This document shows, piece by piece, positions 12,147 to 24,475 of a DNA stretch of 64,000 bases. The translations under genes and the position numbers were made by a program. The notes beneath the pieces are model-generated. The model worked only from the letters and a program-made list of their open reading frames with translations. It was not told where the DNA came from and searched no databases. This DNA comes from Chara braunii. Taxonomy: Eukaryota > Plantae > Charophyceae. Within the stretch, counting starts at the first letter, position 1. The number at the start of each line of letters is the position of its first letter. The stretch is taken from NCBI GenBank assembly GCA_003427395.1, contig BFEA01000008.1, forward strand, positions 2,543,157 through 2,607,156, read 5' to 3'.

Positions 12147-15100
12147 ATGGCTGCGGCCGCTGCTGCAGCAGCTGCTGCGGTGGTCAACCCCAACCAACAG
12201 CCTAACCCGCCTGCGCTGCCTGCACGAGCCCCTGCGGCTCCACCAGATCTTTATTTATTTGACCCAGCCCACCATCTCGCAGGAGCATGGTTAGCCACGC
12301 TTCGAGCTCAGCGGTATACGAACGATGAAGCTCAGATCAACATCCCCGCGCGGATGGGAGGGGACGCCCATCATTGGTATAGCACTTATGTATGGGTGGA
12401 TCTCCCCACATTCGAGCGGGATTTCATGAACCACTTCGATTATGTTCACCACGAACAAGCACTCTATATGATCAAGGATCGAGTCCAGAAACCACTCGAA
12501 TCCATTATCGAGTATCGGAACAGATTTCATCGAATGTTTGTAAAGACTGAGCGAGGCGAGCAGGTAGGCCGGGACCTGTTCATTGATGGACTACGTAACA
12601 GAACGATTCGGGGGAAGCTACGTAAAAACTTCTCTCCCATTAACCACATGCTGCAACAAATTATGGACGCTTCCGAAGAAATGGAGCGGAAGTTCGCAGC
12701 TAGCTTCTTAGAAAATGAGCATTATAATAGAGAAGGAGACTCGTCAGAACTTGTGAAAGCAAGGGCGGAACTGGCCGCACTGCAAAACAAATTCGAAAAC
12801 ATGGGATTCGTAGCTGGACCTGTTACGTATGTAGAACAGGTGACATCGAGGACCGCACCATGGGGAGCGACTGTAAACAACCAGATCCCGGTAATGGCGT
12901 CCCCAATCGTTACTCAGCCACCTCCACCGCCACCCACCATCGAGTCACCCGCAAGAGCGAATGAGTCTGCTGCTATCTTGGAGCTAACTAAAACATTGGT
13001 TAGTCTAATCCAAGAAAGCAAGAAGGAACAGCGAGAGCACAACGCCTGATTAGAAGCTATGATGCAGAATATGCGACCCGTTGCGGTGCGAGCACCAATG
13101 CAGGGAGGCATCGCGGCTGCACAAGTTGCAGCGGGGCCAGCCGGGACAGCGGCAAATGCATGTTTTACATGTCATCAACCGGGACACTTGGCCCGAGATT
13201 GCCCCCATCAGGCCATGCAGCCTCGTGCCGGGGTCGCGCCTGCAGCTGCAGCCCCCATACCTAACGGCCCGGGACGTGTAGGAGCCGTGATGGATGATCA
13301 GGGGGGGAGTAATGGAATGATGATTTTCAGTGAGGAAGCAGCCGAGCTTATCCCGCTGGAGCAGTATGTATCACTAGGATACCCGGGGCTGGGAATGATT
13401 GGGACAATCCGACCAGAACTCGAGTCCAGAGATGTCGCCGAATGGCGACCTTCGTCGAGCGAAATGGAGACGAGAGGCCCTACCTTTGTTACGGGGGAAA
13501 TCGATGTCCTTGATGTCACCCGAGCATTGGATCATCAAATCCCTCTCCCAATCGGCCACCTACTCTCCATTTCGGAACAGGCGAACGAACGTATGATGCA
13601 GCATTGCAAAGCGAACCGGAAGCGATTCGCCCTTGCACGCGCTCAGAAGGCCAAGGCGCCGACTTCGGAGAAAAAGGCGGACGTCGCCCTTGACCCCATC
13701 CGAGTCGGATTGATACAGAAAGATGAGCACTTTCTTCGGATCAAGCCGATTCCGTGGAAGTCAGCCGAATGTGATATTGAAGTCTGGGGAGTGCCGTATA
13801 GTGCGATCATAGATTCGAGAGCGGCTGTCCTAGCGATATCACTCCGAGTAGTCGAGAGAGCGGGTAGGAAGAATGATATGATTATGCTAACCGAGAAGGA
13901 CCATCTCGTATCGGTTGATGAGGAGAAGATCAAGACAGTAGGACGAATGACGAATGTCGCGTTCCGATTGGGAAAAGTGCATGCTTTAGGAGATGTTGTG
14001 GTGCTGGATGTGAATACGTATGACGTTTTTTTCGGGCTTCCTGCCTTGGTGGCGCCGCGTGCTAATTTAGACTTCGAATGCCGATCCGTCATTCTCCGAA
14101 ATACCGGGGGAAAACCATATGTAATACCCATGAGACTAACTCTTTGAACGCCGGTTAAGGTAGTACCCCGAATTTCTCCGCAAACAACGGGAGCGCTCTG
14201 CATGGTCTCCTGGAGTGCACCGGTTGACGGAGGCCAATCATCGAATGACGCGGGGAGCGACGACGATGACGATCCAGTCGTTACACGGTTAGTACGGCAG
14301 CAGATTCACTACCCGGCGCCTCGCACTATTGCGCGTACCATGCATCTAACCACATGGAATGCTCATATGATGATCATGGGAGAACCCCTCGTACAAATTT
14401 CGAGGCTGGTTGATTCCTTGGAACCCCCTCAGACCCTGTACGAAGGCGTATCTCCCCTTTTCCTTCGGTACTGTGACAAACGTTCCTTTTGTGATCTCAC
14501 TGGCTTACCTCGATCCCTGCTTCAGCCCGCAAAAGAGGTTCAGTTGTTGCGTCTGGGAGCCAAAGCAGGTTCTTTGGAACCCCCTCAGCGCACCGAGGCA
14601 AGATCCGATGAACTCGGGATCCAAATCTCGCCCAAAAGCGTGCCCTGGCGAGACATCTGCGACGGGATAACCCCCGAAGGTCATATAACGATCAGGGAAG
14701 AGGAAGCACAGATGGTGGCCACTGTGTTTTCTTGGAGATCGGATCACTCTTTTATATCTGCACCGCCTGACACTACTCGGCGTATACACACGAAGCAAGT
14801 TAATGTTCGGATTTTGGATCAAATGTATGAATTGCATGTGCCCCAGTATGTACCTGATGAGATCCATCGGCTGATCGCTGATATTTTAATAGAGTATCAA
14901 GGGGCGATTAGCATGTCCGATGCCGATATTGGGTTATCTGTGGTCGTTCAGCATGAGATTCAGACCGGGAATTATTCCCCGATCCACTGCAAGCCGTACC
15001 GATACTCGTTGACAGAGCGCAAGACGGCCTTGCAGCGAATCAGGGAATTTGAGGCAAACGGATGGATTGAGCCTGCCACCGGTTCCTGGTTGTTCCCAGT

Positions 15101-16391
15101 TGTATTGGTTCCTAAAAAGAACGGGTCGATCCGCATATGCATCGATTATCGAAAGCTAAATGATATTACGATTAAAGATGTGTATCCCCTTCCCCGGATT
15201 GATGATCTGCTTGATGTGATCGGGTGTGCTAACTACTTCAGCAAGTTCGACATTCGGCATGGGTTTCATCATATCTTGGTGAAAGAAGAAGATCGGCCCA
15301 AGACCGCCTTCGTTTTGTTTGAAGGCACGTGGCAGTGGGTTCGGTGCCCGATGGGAATCTGCAATGCGCCTGCCATGTTTCTGAGGGCGATGAACGTGAC
15401 TTTTCAGAATTTCGTCAATAAGACACAGCTGACTCAGGGGATGATTAACTTTTGCGTCATTGTGTATATGGATGACATTCTGGTGTACTCGGACACGTTT
15501 CACGGACACGCGCAACACATCGAATGAACGTTGGGTGCGTTGAGAGACGCAGGTTTCAAGATTGCGCTGGAAAAGAGCGAGTTTTTCCTCTCGGAAATCT
15601 CGTTCTTGGGGTATGTGGTGACACGAGGAGGCCTGCGGCCGGACTCTCGAAAAGTCGTGGCGGTCAAAGAGGCCCCGGTTCCGACCTCACTGACGCAGGT
15701 TCGAGCCTTCTTGGGCCTGGCCTCATATTACCGGCGGTTCATCAAGGGGTTCGCGGCTATAGCAAGGCCTCTGACAAACCTGCTGCGAAAAGAACAGCCC
15801 CTTTATTGGGATGACGAGTGCGACCAGGCCTTCGGGGCCCTGAAGGATGCTCTCGTCACGACCCCGATTCTGATTCGCCCGGACCCCTCTCGACAGTTTA
15901 TTCTCATTACCGACTGGCAGCCGGAGGCTATCTCGGCCATTTCGGCACAGAAGGGAAACGATGGGAAGGAGCATGTCATCGAGTACGCTTCCTGGACGGT
16001 GCCTGACGAGCGACGAAATAATTCCGCGCCACAAGGAGAATGCTATGCGGTAGTGTGGGGTATCCAGCACTTCCATCCGTATTTGTACGGTCAAAAGTTT
16101 ATGCTCCTCACCGACCATGAACCTTTGTTGGCTCTGAAAAAGCTAACCAACTACACGGGCACGATCGGACGATGGGCAGTGCGGTTGCAAGAGTATGAGT
16201 TTGACATTGTTCACCGAAGAACGAAGAGACACGGCAATGCCGACGGACTGACACGTTTGCACCGACCCGGTAAAGTACCAAAGGCGGAAGAAATCACACC
16301 GTGGAAGGACCCGAACCTCAATAACGGTCCAAAGTACGGAGAAGTCGTGGTCATTCCACGTGGCAAGAAGCCGGTGAAGGGCAATGGGTGA
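12147..16391 (+). pseudogene. gag-protease-RT-RNase H polyprotein in one frame with three premature stops
   Basis: ORFs 12147, 13059, 14202 and 15531 share a frame. Motifs: CFTCHQPGHLARDC knuckle, IIDSRA protease, IDYRKLN, YPLPRIDD, YMDD, LITDW, TDHEPL, NADGLTR. Confidence 0.95.
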
Positions 16392-18088
16392 CGGAGGTAA
16401 TGTCCAAAATCCCTCTTTTTCTTCCCCATCCTCTTCTTTCGCCTCCCTTCCTGACAAATTTTGTTGTTTCTGCGAGGCAATCTCTCGAGTCTATTCCGTC
16501 CACATGTGTCCTAAAGGGAGGGGATATGTTGAATGGGTAGACTGTCGGAAATGTGTCGCACGTGCTCATGGTGCGTGCATACAGTATCAGAGTAGTGATA
16601 AACCCTGGTTTTGTCCCTTATGTCACCCTGACAAGATTCCGACGGAAGCCCGATTCCTCGATGCCACGTCGTAAGGCCCTGACAAAATTCAAAAATTTAG
16701 AAGAGCGGAAGTCTGGACAGATGTCGCCTTGATAGCCACAGTGGTAGGGAACTCCCTCGAAACCTTCTCCAAGGAGGATCGAAGGAGGGCCAATGAAAGA
16801 GCACGGGATTACCGATGGGTGGACGGACGGTTAGAAAAGCGTAAAACAGACGGCAACTGGGCATGGTTAGTAGTTCCGCACCCGTTTATGTGGTACGACT
16901 GGGTACGGACAGCCCACGAGGAGACGGCGGCGCATTTTGCCGCTCGTATTACCGAAGCTGCGATTGATAGAAATCAATGGTACTGGTCCAATATCTGGGA
17001 TGACGTTAAATTCATCGTCTAACACTGCCAGGTCTGCGCTGCTGACAAGGCCCCAACCCAACCGCCTAGGTCGAGAGTCCCAACGGTGGCTGAACGGCCG
17101 TTTCAGAGGGTTAGTATGGATACTACTGATATAGGGGTGCCCCCCGGACCGAATAGTTGCGACTGTTCAATTCTGCTGGTTTTCGTTGACCACTTTTCTA
17201 AGTGGATCGAGGCCTACCCCTGCAAGACACGACAAGCCGTGGAAATCGCGCGGTACGTCAACCGTTTTCGAGGCATGCACCAGGACACCGAAGAGATCCT
17301 GACCGACAATGGGGTCGAATTTAGAGGAGAAGTCGAGAGGAACCTGGTCATACACGGTGTCTCCATACGGCACACGGCCCCGCACATGTCCCAGTCTAAC
17401 GGATTAGTGGAAAACGCGAATAGGGTGATAAAAACGACCTTGCGGTGGAATTACGTGACCCCCGACCCTGGCCTGATATTGTCGACCACATCTTGGCGAT
17501 CCATCGCAGAACGCCCCACGAATCGACGGGCCTAAGCCCCTTCCAGTTGCGGACCAATAGTGTTGCGTGTGTGTCGATATCGAGCCTCCCCGACGAATCA
17601 GGTCTCAAACGACGCCTTACAAGGGCCACCGCTCGGGACAAAGCCAAAAGGCACCTGGAACTTATGGAGCGGTCCCTACCTAGACTGGCCCGGAAGCGAC
17701 AACGGTCCACCAATTGGCCCATGGCCGACAGGTCCGGAGTTACGAGGCCTGGAACGGGAATGCGGGTCCCAGGACCCAGTATAAGTTAGGGGACATCGTG
17801 CAGGTAAGGAAATGTGCGCGCCAGGGTAAACTAGCGCCACGATTCTTCGGACAGTATCGAGTGATTGAACTCGGACCCAACGGCGTGGACACCGTGCGCC
17901 TNGCTCCNGAGGTTTCCGNCAGTCNATCGGCTCGCCCGATCACACGCCACGTGTCCTATCTCCGTCTTCTTCCCTCTGTTCCGTCTCCTTCTCCATCAAC
18001 CTCTGTCGACGACGACTCTATCTCCGCTGCATCTCCTTCTCCTTCTCAATCTCTGTTGGATACGCCGTCACCATCGCCGTCGCCATGA
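16384..18088 (+). pseudogene. PHD finger plus DDE integrase (stops and frameshifts)
   Basis: ORFs 16384, 16729 and 17086 share a frame. PHD-like CCFC..WVDCRKC....HGAC..WFCPLC; HHCC (AHEETAAH..HCQVC); catalytic VSMD, LTDNG, GLVE; GPY/F-like KLAPRFFGQYRV. Confidence 0.9.
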
Positions 18089-18561
18089 GCTTTATGGAGG
18101 AGAGAGCTCTAAGTGAAGAAGTGTTGGTAGCACGTGGGAATTTGACACTGCGGCAGGTATATCATCCTCGTCTTAGTCCGGACCTTCAGCGGCTTGCGCA
18201 ATTCTTCTGCTCGAGGGGCGTCTACGAGGCAGCAGAGATCCACGTCGACGGGAGGGCTGACGCGATCATATTGGCCGAAGCTGTCGGGTTGCGGCAGCGA
18301 GCATCTGCGGGCGTCGGCCGGATAACGGTGGTAGTTAATTTCAGTGGAGATCTCACGGCGATCCCCCCCTGCCGACACACGAGAATCAAGGTGGCGTTGC
18401 TGTTGTGGGTGCACAATCTTCAGAACGAGTGGACCCAGCTCCTGGCGCACCAAGGGGACGTGATCACACCAATCCGAGCGATCGAATACAACGGCCTTTG
18501 GCTGGATCGACGTGACCTGCCGACGCAATTACCCCCTCTCATCCCCTTCCATCCCCGATGA
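18085..18561 (+). CDS. Accessory ORF3 (158 aa), unknown function
   Basis: Intact ORF whose ATG overlaps the integrase-region stop (ATGA). Confidence 0.6.
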   Translation: MSFMEERALSEEVLVARGNLTLRQVYHPRLSPDLQRLAQFFCSRGVYEAAEIHVDGRADAIILAEAVGLRQRASAGVGRITVVVNFSGDLTAIPPCRHTRIKVALLLWVHNLQNEWTQLLAHQGDVITPIRAIEYNGLWLDRRDLPTQLPPLIPFHPR

Positions 18562-19074
18562 GCTCCTTCCCGATCTCTACTTTCGAGCTTCCTTCTTCCT
18601 CCCCCACCTTTTGGCAATCTGATCTTCATCCCCGCCTCTCCTTCTGCATTCCCCCGCGACACTTTTCGTCATTACTTCTCCATCCGTCTCTCTGTCACAG
18701 TCCATCCCCATTCATCCTCCCAGCGTGCTTCCCCTGAGTTCCCTCTCCATGTACTTCTTTTTAGCGTAGGATGGCGTCGTATCAACGCCATAGAGGTTTA
18801 TTGCCTCATCACGGGGTTAATCCCCGCATGCGCCGACTGCGATCGCTTTCGCGCGGCGCTTCTTAGAACCTTCACCACTCTCTATCCCGACTACCTCGCT
18901 TCTCTCCCCACTACTGGCCGCCGATTTCCCCGCTTCCATAGAATCGTCCATCATTGGAGCCTTCTGGAAACGGACGATGAGCTGGAACGTTTCCTCCCGC
19001 CTATCCCAACTCATCCCCCATCAACACCTTTGCCTGCCTATCGTCTTCCTTTTCCTCTTCCCCACGTCGAGTGA
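18558..19074 (+). pseudogene. Accessory ORF4 or ORF3 continuation (about 170 codons), probable paralog of ORF3
   Basis: The ORF3 frame stays open from 18562 to the TGA at 19072-19074 (..RINAIEVYCLITGLIPACADCDRFRAALLR..ELERFLPPIPTHP..). An ATG overlaps the ORF3 stop at 18558. Confidence 0.5.
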
Positions 19075-19241
19075 CAACGACCAGGATACGACTGTCGCGC
19101 AGCATGACTTCCACACTCGTTCGCACGGTATGCGGCAGAAAAGAAGATCAATCATCCACGGCCAATCAATTGAAGATGATCGACACGTCAGCTAGCAAGC
19201 AGGAGCTTGCTTACCTTTGGAACCCCACTGGGCGTCACATA

Positions 19242-20504
19242 TGTGACGAACTAGCTTCATAATGCGCGACTTTATGCGCGAAGTGCTAAGCGGGGTCCCA
19301 CGTCGATTGGACGGGTTGATGGAAAATTGCATGTGTGTCCTTGCTTTCTTCGTTGTTTCTTCGTTCGCAAACGAGCCCCTGATGACAGTTGGGGACAATT
19401 CGGGAATGCACGGGGAAAAGGGGGTGAAACTTGGTCGGATGGATGCGGAGTGCGCGCCGAGTGCGCGATTAATAAACGTTGACGTCGCTTCTTTTCTTTT
19501 GTTTCCCTTCTTTTAATTTTGTTTTGTCGAACTTTTGGGCACGCAGACATCGCGCGGGAAGTTCGGTGTCTCTTTTTTAATTTCCTTCTTGAATTTTCGT
19601 TTCGAATCTTGGTCGGAGCCATACGGCCCTCAGAATTTTGATTTTCTTTTTCAGACCTTTTCATCGGCAGGCTAGCTAGGAATTTTGGAATTTTGGAATT
19701 TCTGTTTTTCGGGGGCGCTGCTTTGCGTGTTCGCGCTCTCTTTCTTGCTGCTGCGCCAGGACCTTGATTGATTGGCGCCTTAATCCTTTTGCAACTGTAA
19801 TTTTGGGCGCACACTTTTGTAACTGTATCTTTCTTTTTCTTGCTTCTTATTCTTCCCGCTTCCTTTCTTCCTCTCTCCCCTCCCTTGCTTGGTAGCCGTG
19901 TTTGCATGTTCGGATCGATGTGTGGAGTTGGGTACGTCCCCCACGCTACGGCCCGACCGTGCAAACGTAAGCACTCCCTTTCTCCCATCTATCTACGTCC
20001 TTGTAATTCCATGTTCTTCGCGCATGCATGCACGATATAAATTCCGACTGCGCGATTAACCTTCTCTCTTAACAGTTGCTGAAAGCTCGGGGTTGCGCGA
20101 TCGAGAGGGTCGGCACACGGGCGAAGTAAGAGGTGAGTGAAGTGGGAGTCGGGCGACCCGAGGAGCTGGTGCCGAATGCACGAGGTTGACGAGGGCCATG
20201 ACGGACTGTGGGCCTGGAGCGAACCTGACGGGCGCAGGAGGACTAAGCGGGGTGATGGCTTCATGTGTTGATGCGCGACGATGGACTGTCGGCATCGGGG
20301 AGAGAGAGAGAGAGGAGAGAAAGTTGAAGTCGAAGATGGACATGGATTTGCGTTTTTCTTTTCGGTCATTTTTTTATCTATGTATATAAATTTTGGTGTC
20401 GATTACGGGCAACTCGCCCTTATCTTTGCGGCCATATACTCGTCCTGTTGTTCAATTTGATTCTCTTTTTTTTTGTATCGATGCACCTTTGCATTTTCGT
20501 TTTT
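19242..20504 (+). repeat. Long direct repeat copy 2 (3' LTR or start of a tandem second unit), truncated
   Basis: Matches 9831-11092, then switches abruptly to LINE RT sequence. Confidence 0.95.
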
Positions 20505-23500
20505 CGGCCTAGGAGTAACTACCCTGCTATATAAGAAAGGTGACAAGGACAACATAAGGAACTATAGACCCATCACCCTCCTTCCAGTCCCCTACAAGAT
20601 GGTTGCTAAAGTTCTGACTAAAAGGCTGTCGCCTGTCATGAATATGCTCATTCACCCGGACCAAACGGGGTTCATGCCCAATCGAACGTTTAGGATAATA
20701 TCCTGCTCGTCAACGAAACCATCAAATATGCCCGCCAAAGAAGAGTCCAAGTGGCGATCCTCTTCATAGACTTTGAAAAGGCATATGACCATGTTGACTG
20801 GGACTTTCTTGATATGTGCCTTCTCAAAATGAACTTCGGTCCGACTTTCTGCCAATGGGTACAACTCCTGTACAGATCAGCCACGACAAACATAATGCTA
20901 AACGGTCATCTCTCTCCACCGATTCGCCTCCACAGATCGGTGCGCCAAGGAGACCCCATTGCGCCGCTGCTGTTTGTTATTGTCATGGAGGCCCTGGCGT
21001 CAATGATCAGAGCGCACCCTGGTATCAGCAAAGTGCCTATTCTTGACCTGCCACATCACCTCATACCGGTGACATCACTCTTTGCGGATGATCTCACGGT
21101 GCTGATAAGCGCTGACTCGGACAGTATCCAAGCACTCACCCATGTCATTCACCTCTTCTCGCTTGCAGCAGACATGACGGTCAACTGGGATCTAAGACGG
21201 AGGGCTGGTGGCTTCACCCTCACGGACAACTTCCTCCACCCCAGCCGAGTGTAGCTTGGGCCCGCAAAGAAGATGCTATTAGGATACTGGGGGTCCGATT
21301 GACTGCGATGCGTCCCCCACCGGATCATGGGGACATGTTAGTCAACATGGCCATAGATCGACTGGCCAACTGGGAGGGGCTGCATACATCGCTGGTGGGG
21401 CGTGCTCTTGCAATTAATAGTGGTGTTCTGGCGGCTATCTGGTATAAACTGGCAGTCTGGCCGTTGAACAAACAGCAATACGCAAGACTGAAGAGAGCCC
21501 TCACGACACACCTATGGAAGAACAGCGCTAAAACTCAAGGCTGCCTCAACAGAGTAAAGTGGGACGTGCTGACGCAACCTATATCCAAAGGCGGATTGGG
21601 GATCTTGGACCCGGAGAGACAGGCTGAGGCGCTCATTTTTAAAGTCCTCGTCCGCCTCCTCATAGGGAATGACATTCCTTGGAAGCAGCTCGCCTGCCTT
21701 CAGATAACCAACCTGGCTCCCCAAAATGAGGCTCCGGGAAGGGTCCACCCGTTCCAATGGTTGACAAATGGCCATTGGACTATTCCAGGGCCTCCCAAAC
21801 AGTTGCATCAGCCGCACCCGCCTGACCCGTCCTATGATACAAAGAGGGACATAATGGCGGATCCGCTCTGGCCCTTTATGATTAAACTTTGGCGACGGCG
21901 GGGCCCCCGACAAAAACACCCTCCGTGCAGATGGCATGATATATGGAGACAACCCCTCTTTGGTAACCCACATATCCTGCAAGAATCGGGCCTGCCCTTC
22001 CCCCTGACAACCAACTCTCCCTGGCTGACCTAGGCCAAGAAAGGAGTGTTCATGGTTGGAGACTTGTGGGACCCAGTGGGGGGGGACTGGGCGACCCCTG
22101 CTCAATTACAGCACAAACTCACGTACGCCAAAAACGTCGAAGAAAGGGCTAGCCTGCTAAGAGAGGCCCTCCCCATTGCCTGGCATCTCACCCTTAGGGA
22201 GGGCCCAACAGTCCGCCGGGATGACTGGGTCGTCAGGTACTTGGACGCGCCAACCCACCTGGTCATATTTCGTGTGAAGGAAAACAATCACGGGAACTGC
22301 CAACTGGAAGCCTACGAACCACAATTGTCGGGGGCCACGCTCACCAAACTGGTTAGAAATGACAGCCTGGACACCACAGGAACATGGGCGGGACTGATAC
22401 AGGTTAGGGTGGTGGGGGACCGGGAAAGTGGATACTTTGCATATGAGACCTCCACTCCTGTGGCCAACCTCCCATTTGACCCGGCTGAATGGGAGTGGCC
22501 GNGGTCCAAACCGATGTCAATATGGAACTANACAGTCAAAGGTGGGTACCGAGTATCTCGACAAACAATGCCGATNAGCCAAACGCTCGCGAACAGATGG
22601 GAGCGTGACTCGCCGCTGGACCACAAGCTGACACAAGCATTTGACTGGNCCAGGTACGCAAGAATCATGCCAACAAACCACAGATCTCTCCNGTGGCAGA
22701 TCCTCCACCGCTGCCTCCCCACCCCCGACTGGATAGTGTCCAGGACTAACCTGGAGCAGCAAGGCAAGGTATCCCCAATCTGCGCATACTGTGTTAACAC
22801 ACCGGCCAGGGCGACTCTTGAGCATTGTCTCCTGGCCTGTCCAATGGTAACCCAACTATGGCGATGGTGGGATGCGGCTTTCCACGCCCTCACAGGTCAT
22901 CACATACCTTGGGACATAGGCCTGTTACTGCTCGGGAAGAATTGTAACCTGCTGGCCCGCTGGTCTCCGTTTGCGTCTAATCTTTTTTCATACACAAGAC
23001 TGAACATTCTTACGCTGGCTTGGAGAGCGAGATGCTCCTTCGAAAGGAAGGACCATCAATTTGGGCTGATGCAGGCTCAACAAGCGGTGGAAGAACAGAT
23101 TAGAACTAACACTCACGAAGCCTGGAAGGCTATGAAGCGGGATCTTCTGGAGGAAAAAGATCCTCCTGCCAGAGAGGTTATCCGACAAGCCTATATGCTC
23201 ACTTGGCAAGACCCTGGTAAATTGTTCTCAGAACTAGATATCGACCTTCGTATTACGTGGAAACCCTGGAGGAATGCGGAACCTGGCTGGCAGAGGAAAC
23301 CCCTTACCGACTTCCAGGTCCCTTACCTCCAACCCAACTTTGTGCTGCTCCCTCCCACAGGACCGATTGCCCAGGCGCACCATCTCTCCCAGCCTGTTCT
23401 GCCAAGCTCGTCGCTTCCCTCCCGTGCGCAGCCTCCCACCCCTGCACTCGCCCTGCCGCCTGCACCTGCACTTACACTTCACATCACTTGATTTCCACCT

Positions 23501-24300
23501 ACCTGCCTCTTGCTGACTGCGTTTGGCAGGCGGGCCCAGAGGGGATGTTGGAGGGACTGGCAATGGAAGACTGGAAGTGACGGAGCAATAATTCTCGAGA
23601 GGTCGCTACATGCCCGAATGAGCCGAGACTGTGGACGAACAGGGCAGCCTCATCATAAGGCGATGGCGTTGGGCTGCTGCTCTCACTCCCCTGCCCTGTC
23701 AGGTGGATGATCTGGGCAATGACAATCAGCAACAAGCCAGGTTCAGCCATGGATGGAAGCAGGGACTTGCATGAAGGATAACGGAAACGAATAGGTGGCG
23801 AAGACTGAGCAGCAGGGCATGCAGGGATCCAGAAGGGTAGCAGAGGATCGAAGAGCAGAAGGGTAAAAGGGATCTAAGCTTCTAAAGGCTGAAGGGTAAA
23901 GGGGTTTTAAGGATCCAAAGCCCAAAGGTTTTCGGAAGCACTGTGTTTTGTTTACGGTGAAAGGGGGGCTGCTGAGTATGGCTGTCCGAGGATGTAATGG
24001 GTGCCCCAACAGGGATTGGGAATCGTGTCAGCTCCGAGGGACTAAGGGGACACAGAGGGACATGGATACACATACAGCCATCTCAATTTTGTATGCTAAA
24101 ATTTTGTGTTCAAGATTGTATATATGGGATGCTGGACCCAGTTTCCAGCAGGTGTCGCTCCCCACCAATAGATGGAGCAGCCCGGACGACAAGCCCTCGA
24201 TTCTGATGGTTCTCTTACCACCATCAGGATGGAGAGCTTACACAAGGGCTATTTGTCAAAAAAAAAAAACAAAAAAAAAAAAAGAAAAAAAAAAAAGAAA
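20505..24300 (+). mobile_element. 5'-truncated LINE (L1/Tx1-like): decayed ORF2, 3' UTR and poly(A)
   Basis: LYKKGDK..NYRPITLL, DFEKAYD, RQGDPIAPLLF, FADD, GGLGI, C-terminal CAYC..EHCLLAC; A-rich tail at about 24258-24300. Confidence 0.92.
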
Positions 24301-24351
24301 CATCCAGAGCAAGATTTGAAAAAAAAGAAGGCGAAACTACCTCGGAGTAAA

Positions 24352-24475
24352 AAAAACGAGTTATAATTGCACTAGGGGACAAGATACAGTTTGCAATTGC
24401 ACTCCGGGCACCCTACCTGGGCAGAAAGCTGGGTTGTATACATTGCCACCCTTAGTGCAATTATAACTCGTTTTT
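24352..24475. mobile_element. Small MITE-like inverted repeat element
   Basis: aaaaacgagttataattgcactaggg ... ccttagtgcaattataactcgttttt. Confidence 0.65.

Larger units (their letters stand above)
9831..19239 (+). mobile_element. Ty3/gypsy-like retroelement unit of 9.4 kb (gag-PR-RT-RH, PHD-IN, accessory ORFs), bounded by TGTGACG...CGTCACA
   Basis: Gypsy domain order, tRNA-Met-type PBS and 7-bp inverted termini; the 5' 1.26 kb is repeated at 19242. Confidence 0.9.

Noticed and set aside
13047-13049. Programmed readthrough stop in gag-pol
   Set aside because: One of several in-frame stops (also 14145, 15525, 16672, 17020), mostly explicable as single C>T or G>A transitions, so decay is the simpler explanation.
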